Source of the DNA: Spirogloea muscicola
Lineage: Eukaryota
Assembly (NCBI GenBank): GCA_009602725.1
Contig: WELB01000010.1
Location: forward strand, 636,535-700,534
Direction: 5' to 3'
DNA: 64,000 bases
The notes under the pieces are model-generated. The model worked only from the letters and a program-made list of their open reading frames with translations, ran no database searches and was not told the DNA's origin. The position numbers and the translations under genes are program-made. Shown piece by piece: positions 51,011-64,000 of the stretch. The first letter of the stretch is position 1, and every line of letters starts with the position of its first letter.

Positions 51011-54000
51011 GGAGGAGCCGCCGGAGCTCCCGGAGCTCCCCATCTGTTGGATGGCAGCGCCTAAGCTTGTGCGCCACCGCCCATGGGGCCCCACTCTTCT
51101 GCTGCTGCAGCAGTCCACAGTCCACCTCCGTCAGCCTCCCGGGCTAATACGTAGGACAAGCGTAGGACAACCGCTCTCCAAGTTCGTTCCATGGCCACGC
51201 CTTGCATCCGCGTGCTGGCTGTGGTCTAGCTGCAGCCTCTGGTTTTCGTCAAGGGGACTGCTTTTCGGCTGCCAGTCTTTCTGGCTTGCGGTTGCTGAAT
51301 TGATCAGCCATGGGTCACAGCCCCCGACCCTGTAACCCTGTCCCTTGAGCCCCCAAACTCGCATCTCATGCCAATCAGCCCCACCCTCCTTGTCTCCCCA
51401 TTCTTTGCGCTAGTCTTTTTGCCTGAACAGTGCAATGGCTCGCCCTGGCTTCATTCCATTTTGTGTGCACCAGTCACTCTCTCATTTGCTTGTCGTATGA
51501 GCCACTAGAAGTAGAGAGAAGGCGCGTGATACGCATGAAATTGAGGAAGACGAAGCTATTCTATAGGAGGCAATGCCTGTCGAAGGCCAGCTCAAAAGGA
51601 GTGGACACGGGCCACGGCAGTCCGTTGTCCTCCCTCATCAGCAGCTTCCACATCCTCATTATGGTGCAACTGATGAGTGACTGATATGTGTTTTGGTGGG
51701 TTGGAACGGCTACCCGTTGGAGCGCCAGAATGGAGATGCAAGATTACAGTACGTCGTTAAGCCTAGACTCATGTTTGCCAACCACCCGCGAGTTTTTTGA
51801 ACCAAATTTGGGTGTGCACAATAAGGACCAGACAGGAGGGCTGGTTGGAATTTCCGATTCAAGCAGAGGAACCTGCCATGTGCACCTCAAAACGGCAAGA
51901 GGGCAGTGGCGAGTTTCGAAGAGACTGCGCAGCAAGCAGCCTGTATAAAACCGGGTCAGACCCGGACCGAACGAGGTGACAGTCCCGCCTAGAAACGGAG
52001 CGGAACATCAGGAGGGGATGAAATGCTTCTGGGGAGTGCCTGCGCGAGCCCCAGTCTGTGCTTTTGACCTAGTGAAATACTGCCACATTCTCTCTATGGT
52101 CTTCTCCCGTCTTGGTCGCGAATTTTGGCACTTCGGCTTGGCGTTCGACGCGTCCTTACCAGCTGCCGGATGCCAAAATTTCACTCTCATTGATAGCAGT
52201 CGAGCTTTTGACAAGCTCCTCGCCTCATGCCATTCTGCATTCACTTGAAGGCAGTATAGCTGCCTACAAGTGAGGAAGAGTGCTCACTCTTCCTGACATT
52301 GAGTCTTTTTCCATAGCCAGATCCTCATTAGGTGTGCAATTGTATATGTTGGTGTACATGAGCTCCACTGCATCATCTTGTACGTATCACAACATACGCT
52401 GTGATTCTCATTTGCCCTGAGTTCATGAATAGATAAAACGGCTGATTCATTTCTTGCACTTTGCTGTGACGCAAACAAGTATGCACTGCCGCTTCAGCTT
52501 CGTGGCATACACTGCAACTTGCAATCAGTACTCTCGGATGCACGAGGCCAATGGACCAGCCTCTCATCATGCACGGCTCAGACGCAAGTGAGGTCAGATG
52601 GACTCCGTGTCGTGCAGCGCGGGCGCTCGCACCGTGCTGCTGAGCGTGCTGAGAGCCTGAAAGGTACGCAGCAGGGCCACTTGCTCGAGGACATAGCTCT
52701 CCTCGCTGAGCGTCAGCTCGACTCGCATGTCGGTAAGCGTCGAGATGGCCGACAGGAGGCGGAAGTCTCGTGGCGGCGGCCCGGCAGAAAGTCGAAGCGA
52801 AGGCTGAGGCGCGTGAGAACCGGGAAGGTGGCGGCCAGCCGAGGCCGAGCGCCCGGGAAATTCACAAAATATGACACTTGACAATGGACTTAGGTATGCA
52901 AAGCGTGCCAGACTTGAGCAGGACCACAAGAAACAGAATGATGTCAAATACGTCCGTAGAATGCGACGTACGATACACCTACACCGGCATGCATGGTCAC
53001 ACGACGTTTGTCATCTCCACCATGGATGGCATGGCCTATGAGAGATCAGAAGTCTTTATGCTTCTTTCTGATCTGCAGCCACTGTTACTACTTATAGCAC
53101 AACTTCAGACCAAGCCTGCAAAGGAGTTACTCGCTCAGCAAAAGTACTTACCTCACAATAAGAGGCAAGGGACTCATATACCCTTAGGGCATGGGAATGA
53201 CACTTTCGAAAGTCGATGTCTTGCATGCCGCAGGGTCGCATTCATACCCAGGCCTACAAGATATTGCACAGCTGCCTTTTCAAAGGCTCATCATAAACGA
53301 AAGACATCAAACCATAACATGTACAGACTCAGAGATTTGGAGAATCTTTGCGTCGTTGATGGTTTCTATTGATGAGTCCAAAGCTGGCTGGAATGCGATG
53401 CAATTGTCGGAGGAGCTGAGGGGTGCTACTGGCGTGCAAGTTGGGGTGCTACTAGCAGGTTCTCCACGTGATTGTCTGAGAAAGACGTACATGAAGTTGC
53501 TCCTGGAGCAATGCAGATGGCCTACACTCGTGATCCTCATTGCACAATCAAGTAATTGCGGGAAAGACGAGATGCTGCTTAGAGGAGGCTACACACAGCC
53601 TCAGCTAGCTGTTGCTAGCCTTTCCACTCTACCACGTCCTCATCTGCAGTGAATAGCAGCTGTTGGGGAGTCCCACTCAAGCACAGCCTTGCACTGCAGG
53701 GCTATAGTGCTGGGTGGATGTCCTCTGCTGTTCGGTCTGGGGCCCTCACTTCGATGCGAGACTGAGCCATGTGCTGGCCAGGGTGTCAGCTGCCTTCAAG
53801 CTTACTTGTGCGCCCGCTACTCACAGGCCCGCGCCCATGACTGCAGCCGACAGCCATGGACAGCCACTAGGTGTTGCTTGGAGCAGAATCGAGTGGCCAG
53901 GCGGCCTGCCACTTGCCAGCCGGGGGGCCAGCTGGGTAGCCCGACTTCATCATCAGAGCGCAGCTCCCTGTCTGCAGCGTCACGACTGGTCCGGCAGCCT

Positions 54001-54642
54001 AAGCGCTGGCAGCAAGAGCGCGTTGCTGTGGATCCAAGCCATCAACACAGTCAACCCTTATGTTGGCCCTTCGCATGGACCCCTCACGACGAAACGATAT
54101 CTGCACAATCTGAGCTATAGATCTATCAAATGACATCCTTCACTGGCACCTGCCTCAACTCTGAAGCATGGCCATCTACTTTTTGCATTTTCACGTAGGC
54201 CTCGGTGCATTTGATCACTTGTGTGCCTATAGGCTGTGGAGCAACTCGACTCATTTGTACCACAATCACTCAGGCTGCACATAAATGGTCATGATTGTGA
54301 CTTCCAGTTGCTCAAGCAAGGGGCCTGCTTGAACAAGCCCATCTGTTCTGAAGGGAGTCCGGTCTCACTTGTCTGCCATTCTGTAAGTCAATTGACATTT
54401 TGACTTTGCAATCCGTCGTATTAGATCAGCCAAGCAAACGCAATGTCCTCACAGTCATGCTTATTGGCAATGAGCTGCCGCCAAGAAGCGACATTGATCA
54501 AGCTAAGATGCTAATGCATTGGCAAAGCGATAGGACTGGTAGAGATCACCACAACACATGCATCGCAATTGGAGGGATGGTGAAGCTTGCAGTGTGCACT
54601 TGATCACTGGTCCTTTAAGCTGTAAAGCCCATGATCCATGTG

Positions 54643-57600
54643 CTAGAGGTCGAACTTTTTAAGTGAGTATAGGTGCTCATTAGCTACTTGCTTCTTACAA
54701 TCTGAAGCAGCGAGCACCTCTGCAATCTTGTGCTCCTCTGCAGCAGGAAAGGTACTTGAGGGGTTCGCATGCATGCGCCCAGTACTAGTCTGGAAAGGAG
54801 AGGCTTCTTGCAGGCGCAAGATGTCCTGACGTGGCTCAGCCTCCACCACTATCAAGTCTACGCTGTCACCCAACCTAGGCTTGCTGCTAGTCAGCCGCAC
54901 AACTGTCTCATACCCAACCTGCTCCAAACACCACACATGAGAGGCTATTTAGATGGTCGCATGCAAAGGGGCGCGACCACAATTGCAACATATCAACTGC
55001 TGATTGAGAGGTCGATGCAACTTCTCCTGTTTCCTCAGCGGGTCTGTCATTGCTCCACTTATTACTGGTTGTCACAAGCAATTCAGCTTCAACATGCATA
55101 CCTCTTCCAGTAGGACCCCTGCAAGTGTATCCTCGTTACGCAGCCAGCGGAGGACGGTGGCACGGTACACCCGCTCTCTGGGCTGCCTCTTCAGGTGCTC
55201 AATCAACCAGTAGCGGAAGCATGCCTGCTCCTGCCGGCGGGCCTCCTTGCCACGAATAGCAACTGAGGCCATCATGGAGTCCAGCTCCTCAGCTCCAAAT
55301 GGCGGCTCCTCGCCCCGCAGCACTGCCTTGAGCTGACAATGTGACGTGATGGCCATAAGATTGCGGCACTTTGCAGCATGATAACCCTCCATGCATGGAA
55401 GTACATCAGATATTGCAAAGAGCTGGCCGGACAAAGGTGGCACGTGAAGAGAACCTGGTAGTGCGCAAGCAGGTCGCCGTATCGCCGTATTGGAGAACTA
55501 AACTGTACATAGCCAGGTAGACCCAAAGAAGAGTGTACAATGGGTCCTTTGGCGGTGACCTCACTTTTTGTCATGCAACTCCGCAGCAGGACACTTTTGC
55601 AGGGGCCATCTGGAACTCCTTCTAAATCAATGTCATCTGGGAGCTTTGGCTGCTGCTGGCCCCTGTCTCGAGGGCAGAGGGCTTCAGCTCCTTGACTCAA
55701 AACACCAGCAACAGTAATCATAGCAATGTTGTAAGCATACTATTGTGTCTGATCCAGGTTTGAGCCTGCATGCAATTGAGCACGCACAGCACACATAGGG
55801 CACATTGCTACTGACCTGTAAGGCAATGGGAGCCCTCTTTGACGTCCATATTCAGCTATGGCACTTCCGCAAAGGATCATCAACTCTGATACGAGCATCC
55901 TTGCCATTGAGACATTGTCATTCAAGACAATCTTGACGGGTGGATGGTCCTCGTCTGCATTCTCCACCTTGATCTCCACTTCTGGCATGTGTAGCTCTAT
56001 TGCACCCTATTGCACACACTACAAGCAGATGTCATTATGAAATTCAGCCATGAACACCTTTACACATCTCTTTTGTGCCTGAAGAGGACTATCTGAATAG
56101 CACCATCCATGCAATACAAGTGCATACCTGTGATAATCGCCAACTACGTCGGATCCTTGCAGCTTCGGCAAGCAATGATAGCTCAGGTTCCTCCTCCACA
56201 TCTAAAGCCAGTATCTCTTCGACATCCTCATACGACAGCCTGTACGTCGGCTTCACTTTGGAATTCAAAACCTCCCATTGTATCAAACTGCCACACGTAC
56301 ATGAAGAATACGTGCTGCTGAGGCAACCACATTACGTGGGTAGCAAGCTTCCAGCTCCCGTTCTCAACCAGCCTAAGCAAGCCTGAGCCTCTACACCTCT
56401 TGAATCCATTGGCACAGCTTGATCTCAACGTGTTCATTTGCACTGGAGCACTGCAACATGACAATGCCTGTGCACACGGATGCTTTACATTTGTACTAGA
56501 CCTGCCATCATGGTCGAGGGTGGCGCTGACACTCATGGCACAGCATGAGCTGCCTTGTCTCAAGCTCATAGGACCTGATGCCAGGTGCATTGGAAACATC
56601 GGTAGAACTCCTGTGGCCAGGTAGACTGAAGTTGACCTATGCCGAGCTTCCCTGTCACAACACAGGACGCTGTCATAGCTGAGCCGATGTTACTCCTCCA
56701 CCAATTTAAAGTGAGATCTTCTTGAATATTAGTGTGCCACCTGTACTCTCAATCTCAAGGGTTGGACAGTGACATTTATCACCTATTACTGAAATGGGAC
56801 CTGTACCTGATGGCTGAGCAGTCTGATTGTGGAAGTTGTGCATGCAAAACACTCACAGGTCAAGCATGTCATTGGGCACCACAAAACGAGCAGGATCCGC
56901 AACATGGATCCACACCCGCAAGCGACCATCTTCTAGCCTCTGTATACTGAGGCCGTCATCAATCTGCACATGCAAACAGCACAACTGACTAAGTAGCTCC
57001 AAGATAACGTGGTTCATGCAGATCCAAGCCGTCAACTTTGTCATCATACCTCCTCAGTATCTTCGGAGTCAATGGTGTAGATTTTGAAATCTGAAAGGTC
57101 TACACGCAAACCCTGCACAATTGCAATGAGAGAAAAGGACAATCAAAGTATGCCCTAGTGACACAAAGTATGTTGACCACTGTGTATAGGATGTCCATTT
57201 GTCCCCTATACATGCTGACAATATGAACAGTATGGCAATGCTTAGCATGCCGTCCACAACTAAGGTGGGGCTAACCTCATCAGGGTCCAACTTGTGCAAG
57301 CAGCCTGCTGTGGCAGTTTCAACAGCTGGAGCAAACGTTTGAGGAAGTGAAGATCTGAGGAGAGAGCTATTGATGTGATAAGGGACAAGCCCCATCCTTA
57401 TCTGTAGCTCAAGAGCTGCAGACTGCTGTCTAGCCACTCCCAAGGCTTCTAGAGACTGTCAAGCCAGGTCCCAAAGAAGCCAGATGTCAGGGGATTGTGC
57501 ACAGCAGTTCTTTCTCTTCGAGCTTTAATAAGCAATGAATGTGTAATCTCTTTTCAAAGATGTGTAGTCTTTCTGACGATGTGTAGCTCCTCCTTCTAAA

Positions 57601-59916
57601 GGCGTTGTGTCAGATACACTCCACAGCAAGCCCAGCAGTCAAGCAACCATCTGAGAGCCCTCATGCTTACAGCTTCAGCGAGCTTCTTCTGACCATCAGA
57701 AGACAGTAGATCCAGAGAGTAGGCCTTGATGGCTTCAAGCCTCTGCCAATGAGCCTCATTCTCTCTCCAGCTGCTGGCAGGAGGCTTCTGAGCTCCTCTA
57801 AGATGGATGGCAGTCCGAGCAGCCGTGACAAATGCCTCCAAATCTTTCTCCTGTGCCTCCTTGGCTTTGACTTCCAATCTCAATTCTTCTACCTGCTCAG
57901 AGTGTACGTGAGGAACTATGGAAGGTGAGGAGCAAGCATGACTTCCCTGGACAGCTTCCATCCCATGATAGATAAAAGGACAAAGAATCACGGTCAAATA
58001 TAATTATAGGCAGTCATCTTGGATTCTTCCCAAAAAATCATAGATGATGGTCTGCACACTTGCCTGTACAGGAGGTCGAGGCTCAAAAGACACAATTCCT
58101 TCCTTGTCCATCCTCTTTTTCCGAAAATAGATGCGATCAGTTGCAAGCAGCCTGTGGGCAGAGTAGCACTCCACTGGGCCGTTCCCCATGAATAACAGCT
58201 GCAAGAGCAACAATGAACTAAACAACAACAACCTCACAGCTGTCTAAGTGATCCTACAAGCATGTATATACACCAATGTCAGATACAGCTCAGTGTGCAA
58301 ACCGTTCCATATCATTGCAACTTGCCTTCCCTTACTGCCTGCTTAAGAGGAGCAGCTACATTGTGTTGCAATGTTCACCTCTGCAAGTTCCTCGGCCTGG
58401 ACAACCGGCTTCTTGTTCACCAACTCCTCCCAGGCCAGCTCCAGCAAAGTGGGGTCCTGACCAGCAAGAAAAATAGGAATTACTTTCGAGAGAAACTTAC
58501 ATCACCTACAGGTTGTGAGAATCTTAGAGACCAAGAAAGTGAGAAACCCAGAGCCTTCAACTTTCATGCATACAACTGACCTACTTAAGTATCGTTCCGA
58601 GTGAGATTCCAACTGCTTCACGTACATAAATTGCAGAATGACACAATCATTGACACAACATTCTGCGTGTGCTCTCTGATACTCACCAGCAATGCCTGGA
58701 CCTGGTCATTAAAGTGTGCTATATCCTTCTCTGTGTACTCTAGCGTGCCAGGGATGACAAAAGTCATCTGAGAAGGCTTCACAGAGAAGCTGTTTCCAAA
58801 CTGCAGTTGGACATATGACAGATCATCAATAGCTGGCAGAGGAAATGCACACTGTAAGGACCATAAGTCTAGAGGTCCTAGGGAGCACAGACGCAACTGT
58901 GGTGTGCATTTATCTGGATAATCAGCCTTTTGCTTCTCATAAAGTCAAGGAAATGGGTGGTACAAGCATGATACAAGGACCACCTATGCAAATGACAATC
59001 CCCCATATTGCTCCAATCGATTCAGATCTGAACACCTAAGATTCTTTTGTGCAACCTATGCCTGCGAATTGGTACCAACCCAAGCCTGCAAGCAGATGCA
59101 ACACCAGGTGCCAGTGCTTCGAAATGCCAGCTGAGTGACCGACCTGATCTGCCGTGATCCAGTTCCTCCTCCCGTCAGGCTTCTGAAGGACGCCCAGGCT
59201 CACACGGGTACTGTCCCGCTCGAACTCCACAAGCTGGCCCTTTCGTAGCTTTGACTGACTGTCGTCGCTGCTCTGGCTACCAGCAACATTGCTTCTTGAA
59301 GCACTGCAAAGGGGATGATAAACACCAACTGTCAGCACGATGGCAATTGCAGAACTTCCTGCTGTTGCAGCCGACTGACCAACTCGCAGTGCTTAGCGCA
59401 GCAAAGTGCATGACATAGCATATTTGGAAGGGGCTTTGATGTTCTGAGGATGTTTGGGTCTTACTTTGAAGCCAAAGCCGACGGCTTTGCCCTTCCCCTG
59501 CCGCCAGCTTGGCCGCTTGCAATCAACGCAGGGAAGGCCAAGGTGTCGCCGAGGAAGGGGATGGCCTCCGGGGTGCTGCCAGCAGTTGCGGCTTTGCTGC
59601 CGGTTGCAGCAACCGACGAGGCGAGCCCCCTGGCGGGTGCAGGCAGAAGCGGCGAGGCCGGGGTTGGCAGCCGCCGCCCGGCAGCTCGCCTGGATCGCCA
59701 TGGGGGGGTCAAGTACGCCAGGACCTGCGAACTTGGGCGAGCGACGCTGTCCGGTGCCACCGGCTGGGCGACGCTGTCGGCGACGGCGCCGCAGCGGAGG
59801 AGGAGCAGGCTGCGACGGCCGGACCAGGCGCCCTGAGCTGCCGCCAAAGCTCCCGGGTCGGTTCCGCCGCCGAGCGGCAGCGCCTGCTGCGTCGCCAGGG
59901 CGGGCTGGCCAGCCAT
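54643..59916 (-). CDS. RNR1: Ribonuclease II (RNB domain), chloroplast/mitochondrial
   Basis: Transit peptide from ATG 59916; LRKGQLVEFERD..QKPDGRRNW, DPTLLELAW, catalytic YTIDSEDTEEIDDGLS, WIHVADP, PMFP, ARMLVSELMILCG, HSSLGLPGYVQFSSPIRRYGDLLAHYQ. GC-AG intron at 58063. Confidence 0.95.
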
Positions 59917-60104
59917 CGCCGCAGCCTGCGGCGACTGCGGCGGTGCTACGCCGCGTCGNGGGCAGCGCCACGGCCGCCGCTCCTCCGCAGGCAGCGGCGG
60001 CGGCGGCGGCGGCGGCGGCGGGCTGGCTTAGGTGAGCCCTGCCGGCGGAGGGTTAAGACGGCCACGAGGCAGGCCACGGCGCGCACTTCCCCTACTGCCA
60101 GTGA

Positions 60105-60400
60105 TGGAAGCCCTCTCCAAGAGTGGACGATGGCAGTGGAATGCCAGCCCAAAGTGAGCTCTTCCAGAAGAAAGTGGCTCCCCGAAACGCGAGCTGCGAG
60201 CTCGAGTTGCGAGCTCTAGTTGGTGGCAGAAGGGCTCCGTATCTGCCATCTAGTATTCAGGCATCGGTTAGCGACCTTTATGTTTTGACCCGTGGTTACT
60301 GAGCGGTCCAATCTACTGTAGGTTATGTAGGTCTTAAGACGTGCTTGCCTTTGTACTTGCCCATTCGGCCTTCGTTTGTTTCAAATACACAATATTTCCT
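60105..60400. mobile_element. D/E-type end (-) and family-C 3' fragment (+, ~60210-60396)
   Basis: GACCCGTGGTTACTGAGCGG..CTTCGTTTGTTTCAAATACAC matches the reverse complement of 41100-41345 without the E insert. Confidence 0.8.
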
Positions 60401-61093
60401 GAAAGGGGTGAGGGCTGTGATCAGCCAGCCCCCATTCCCCAATTGTGTGTCAAGATCATGCACAACAAATTACTATGTTCGAATGTCGTTATAGTCCAGG
60501 TTTGTCTCATCTGAATGACGTAGTCCAAATTACTTTTTGATTAATCTTCATCCCACATCTCAGTTGCACCTCAGGATTCAGAGACACGGGAAGGGGCAGG
60601 AACTCTTCTTCTCTTTTGTGTAAGGGTGGACATTAATCATGTACTTGACATGATAATGACCGGGCACTTCTGAGAAGCTGCATTCATGCAGAGGTTCAAG
60701 TTGCGAGCAGATACTAGTAGAAGATTGTGGTTCATACTACTTCGCATGGATCACAATGATATATATTGGATTGGGACGAGCAACGAACAAAATCTTGTGC
60801 ACTCAACGCATGGTCCACAATGCCATATATTAAATTGGGATTAGCGACAGACCTTGTGCATTCAAAAGATCTCAAGTAATATTAAAATAATCAATCAGCA
60901 AAATTGAAATGCACAAGTGGGCATGGCACTTTCAAAAATTGCGGCTCTGTATTGCTTGCCTCTATCACACGTGACTGCAGACTCAGGTTGTCCACGTGGG
61001 GAAGAATGGACTTTTGAGTACTCCCCACTTTGAGGTACATTCTGCATCTCTCAGAAATTCCCTTCAGATCCTGGGCACGTTGATGAGATCTGA

Positions 61094-63762
61094 TTACCTC
61101 CGATATGGGCTGTTCTGTGGACTGGTCTGAGGCTCGACTGCTGGTAGCGTGGGCTGACTATAAGCCCTCTTTGCGTCCATCTCAAGATCAGGTTTCTCCA
61201 ACGCGTTCAACGGTGTGGCGGGTACGACTCGCCTCCAGAACCAATGAGCACGCCAGACGTCAGCCATATCCTCAATAGGAACACCCTTGGTCTCAGGTAG
61301 GAAAAAGTAGACAATGATAGTCATGATGACCACCCAGCCAGCGAAGAAGAGGAATATTCCAAATCTGTTTTACAGGAAAATATGGTGGTCAACTTGGAAA
61401 CTGGAGTAAGCATCTCACCTGGCACTCATCTAAGCATCTAAGTGGCAGCTAGAGGAAGACTCAAAAATTGCATAGGGTTGCAATATTATGTAGCAAAACT
61501 TCACTGCAATTGAGGAGCAGCGCAGGGTGCTTACTGGAAGTTGCAGAGCATGGAGAGGAAGGCCTGTCCAATGGCGAAAGTGAAGAGGAAGTTCACAGAA
61601 ACTGTGATAGCCTGACCAGCCGACCTGGTCTCCAAAGGCTGGATCTCCGAAGGTACCAACCAACCAAGTGGACCCCAAGACCAGGCAAAGCCAGCAACAT
61701 ATATGCAGATGAGAGCTACCACAATCCAAGCCCATGCCTTAGAAAGCGTCTTGTCCCCGTTGCCAAATTTGATAGCAAGTACCACTGCAATCACAACCTG
61801 CGAGAAGATAGACAAGAGGAGTGAGTCTGACAGGACCATTACATAGACAATCTGCCAGGAAAGACGAGAATGATTTACATGGAGGCTACTATAAGAGGAT
61901 ATTCAGGACAGGACTTGACCACAACATGCCAACAAATCAGACACTCACTGTGCACAAGTTAAGCAATCATACCTGCATGATCGTCATCTGAATGCCTCCT
62001 TCCAGGAAGAGCACCTTTCTCCCCCTCCGGTCGACAACATAAATGCCAACAAGCGTTGAGACCACATTAACTCCTCCAATGATGACCGCTGTATAAAGTG
62101 CTGCACTGGCACCAAATCCAATGGTCTTGAATAGAGGTGCAGCATAGAACATGATTGCGTTGATGCCCGTAAGTTGCTGGAAGGCTGGGATGAGGATAGC
62201 CCATGTGAGCTCTGGCCGATAGGCACGCTTGAGAATATTAGAGAATGGATTCCTGACTTCAGCAGCTCTGTTAGAGGCAAAGACTATGTTGTCATACTCC
62301 GCCTATACAAAGCACAATTATGAGTCAGCCATAGTTGCAGTTAGGCCTCGTCAAAGAGCAATTTCCTTACCCTAGAGTCACAGGGAGGATCAATTAGCCA
62401 GGAGGATCAATTAGACAAGCCAAACGGTGCTCATGAATGGTGCCAGTCAATAAAACAAAGAATATACCTGTACGTTGTCTGTGCCCCGAATCTTCACCAA
62501 CATTGCTCTGCCCTTCTCAAGCAGACCACGTTCAATCAAACTGCACGCAACAATGACATGCACGCATCGATGACACGGTCAGCTCCGATGACAGCTGACA
62601 TAGTGCTGCTGGCTACCTCTCTGTTAGGGCTTCACCCCCTGGGAGTTGTTCAATGTAATGTGAAATTTCAGTACCTGTTAGGCGTTTCTGGCAGGACAAG
62701 TCCGCCAAAGGTGAGGATAGCTGCAGGAACACCAGCCAAAGCGAGCGAGAGACGCCAGCCCCATGGGGTGATGCGCTCTGTCCCATAGTTAATGAGCTGT
62801 GCACACAGAATGCCAATAGTGGTGGCCATCTGGAACATCATGTTAAGCCCTCCTCGGAGCTGCGCTGGCGCCATCTCAGAAAGGTAAAGTGGCACAGTCT
62901 GCAGATGGTCAACGAGCAGACTTTTTCAGATGATTTGCTTCGCGAGTGCCAACCATAGTGCAGTCGGTCTTCTCTAAACAAGGTAGCAGTAGCTACTGAA
63001 GGAACGTATCAACCTCCTCTATAGCAGATATGTTGAAACCTAGTCGGGAACTCAGTCGACCTTGCTATTTCACTGACATTGCATTGACGTCAACGTGCAA
63101 AGTTATACGGCTCACGATTGACAGCTGAAGTAGCTGACCTGATTGGCGAATCCAACACCAAAGCCGAGCATAACTCTTCCAATGACCAGCATCGGCAGGT
63201 CAGCGGCACCTCCAGTCAGACCAGCTCCAAGTAGGAAGAACAAGCCTCCAATCAGCATACTCTTCACCCGTCCGAATCTGCTGGTAATAATGGATGCTCC
63301 GTACGTGCCAATCATACCAGCGATGAACAATGAGCTGGTAAATAGCTGGAGGAGCTGGTCATCAAATTTGCACCAAGCATTCTGGTGTGCTCTCTGCATC
63401 TTTCTGAGGACGTTCGGGAAAAACTTAGCCAAAAAGTCATCCATGGATGTCACTCCACCTTGCAACAACCAGGCAGCGATTGACTGTCAGGTACATACGC
63501 ATGCAAGGCCGTGCAGCCACGACCAAGACATGGCACCCGACACTACTGTACTCAAAGAGCAGATGTGTATGCATCATACTCCCCAGGGAAACACTTCACG
63601 CCAGGCTCCCCCAACGAGTTTACCTGTGATTCCAATATCGTAACCAAAAAGCAGTCCTCCGCTGGCGGCCACAAAACATGCGAGCATGACGTAGCCCGTG
63701 AGCCGGCCATCGAACTGTCTGACTGGTGCGCCTGCAGCTGGGACAAAGGCACCGCCCGCCAT
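61094..63762 (-). CDS. STP: Sugar transport protein (STP/HUP hexose-proton symporter, MFS)
   Basis: [115 protein letters not shown]. Confidence 0.97.
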
Positions 63763-64000
63763 GGCTGACGTCGAGCTTCGTGCAGCTGCCGAGAGGCGAC
63801 TGCCGAGCGCTAGTATCCAGCTGCGAGAGCGCGGGCCAGCGCTTGTGGAGGTGCGCTGGAGACAGGGCGCCGGGGGGCTTGCAGCAGGGGGCAAGGAGGT
63901 AGCTGCAGGCGGCCGGGTGGCTGCACTGGTCCGGTCGAGCGGGGGGAAAGTGAGGCCAGGGGAGTACGCCGCGTGTATGTATGCAGAGACCGGTAGAGGG

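Noticed and set aside
52008..52244. MWQYFTR as the start of a BED zinc finger (hAT transposase)
   Set aside because: The required CxxC and H..H residues do not follow.
62384..62414. GGAGGATCAATTAG direct duplication in an STP intron
   Set aside because: Ordinary local tandem duplication.

Overview
Eukaryotic, intron-rich nuclear DNA of plant type. The gene set (RER5/6, GPT, euAP2-like, plastid/mito RNase II, STP) and the compact layout suggest a streptophyte green alga or early-diverging plant; this is inferred, not proven. I can support 15 spliced protein-coding genes: RER5/6-like, Hsp31/DJ-1-like, LCB2, euAP2-like, an RRM protein, aspartylglucosaminidase, GPT, N-carbamoylputrescine amidase, an SF2-type SR protein, an AUH-like crotonase, mitoribosomal mS33, a Rho_N protein, a secreted PSDSFPG-type phosphodiesterase, RNR1 and an STP hexose transporter. 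Gene 5' ends are very GC/CpG-rich and often fall in assembly gaps, while gene bodies look CpG-poor. The most unusual content is intergenic: dozens of short 5'-truncated 3' ends of at least five related CRE-like (restriction-like endonuclease) non-LTR retrotransposon families, labelled A-E here. They share a C-terminal peptide, end in pyrimidine-rich tails rather than poly(A), insert into one another (two nested insertions resolved at base level), often abut CCTG(G), and cluster near gene 5' ends. An LTR+gag relic lies within the largest cluster. No rRNA, tRNA or CRISPR array was seen. All calls are by manual reading and motif recall; no database searches were run.
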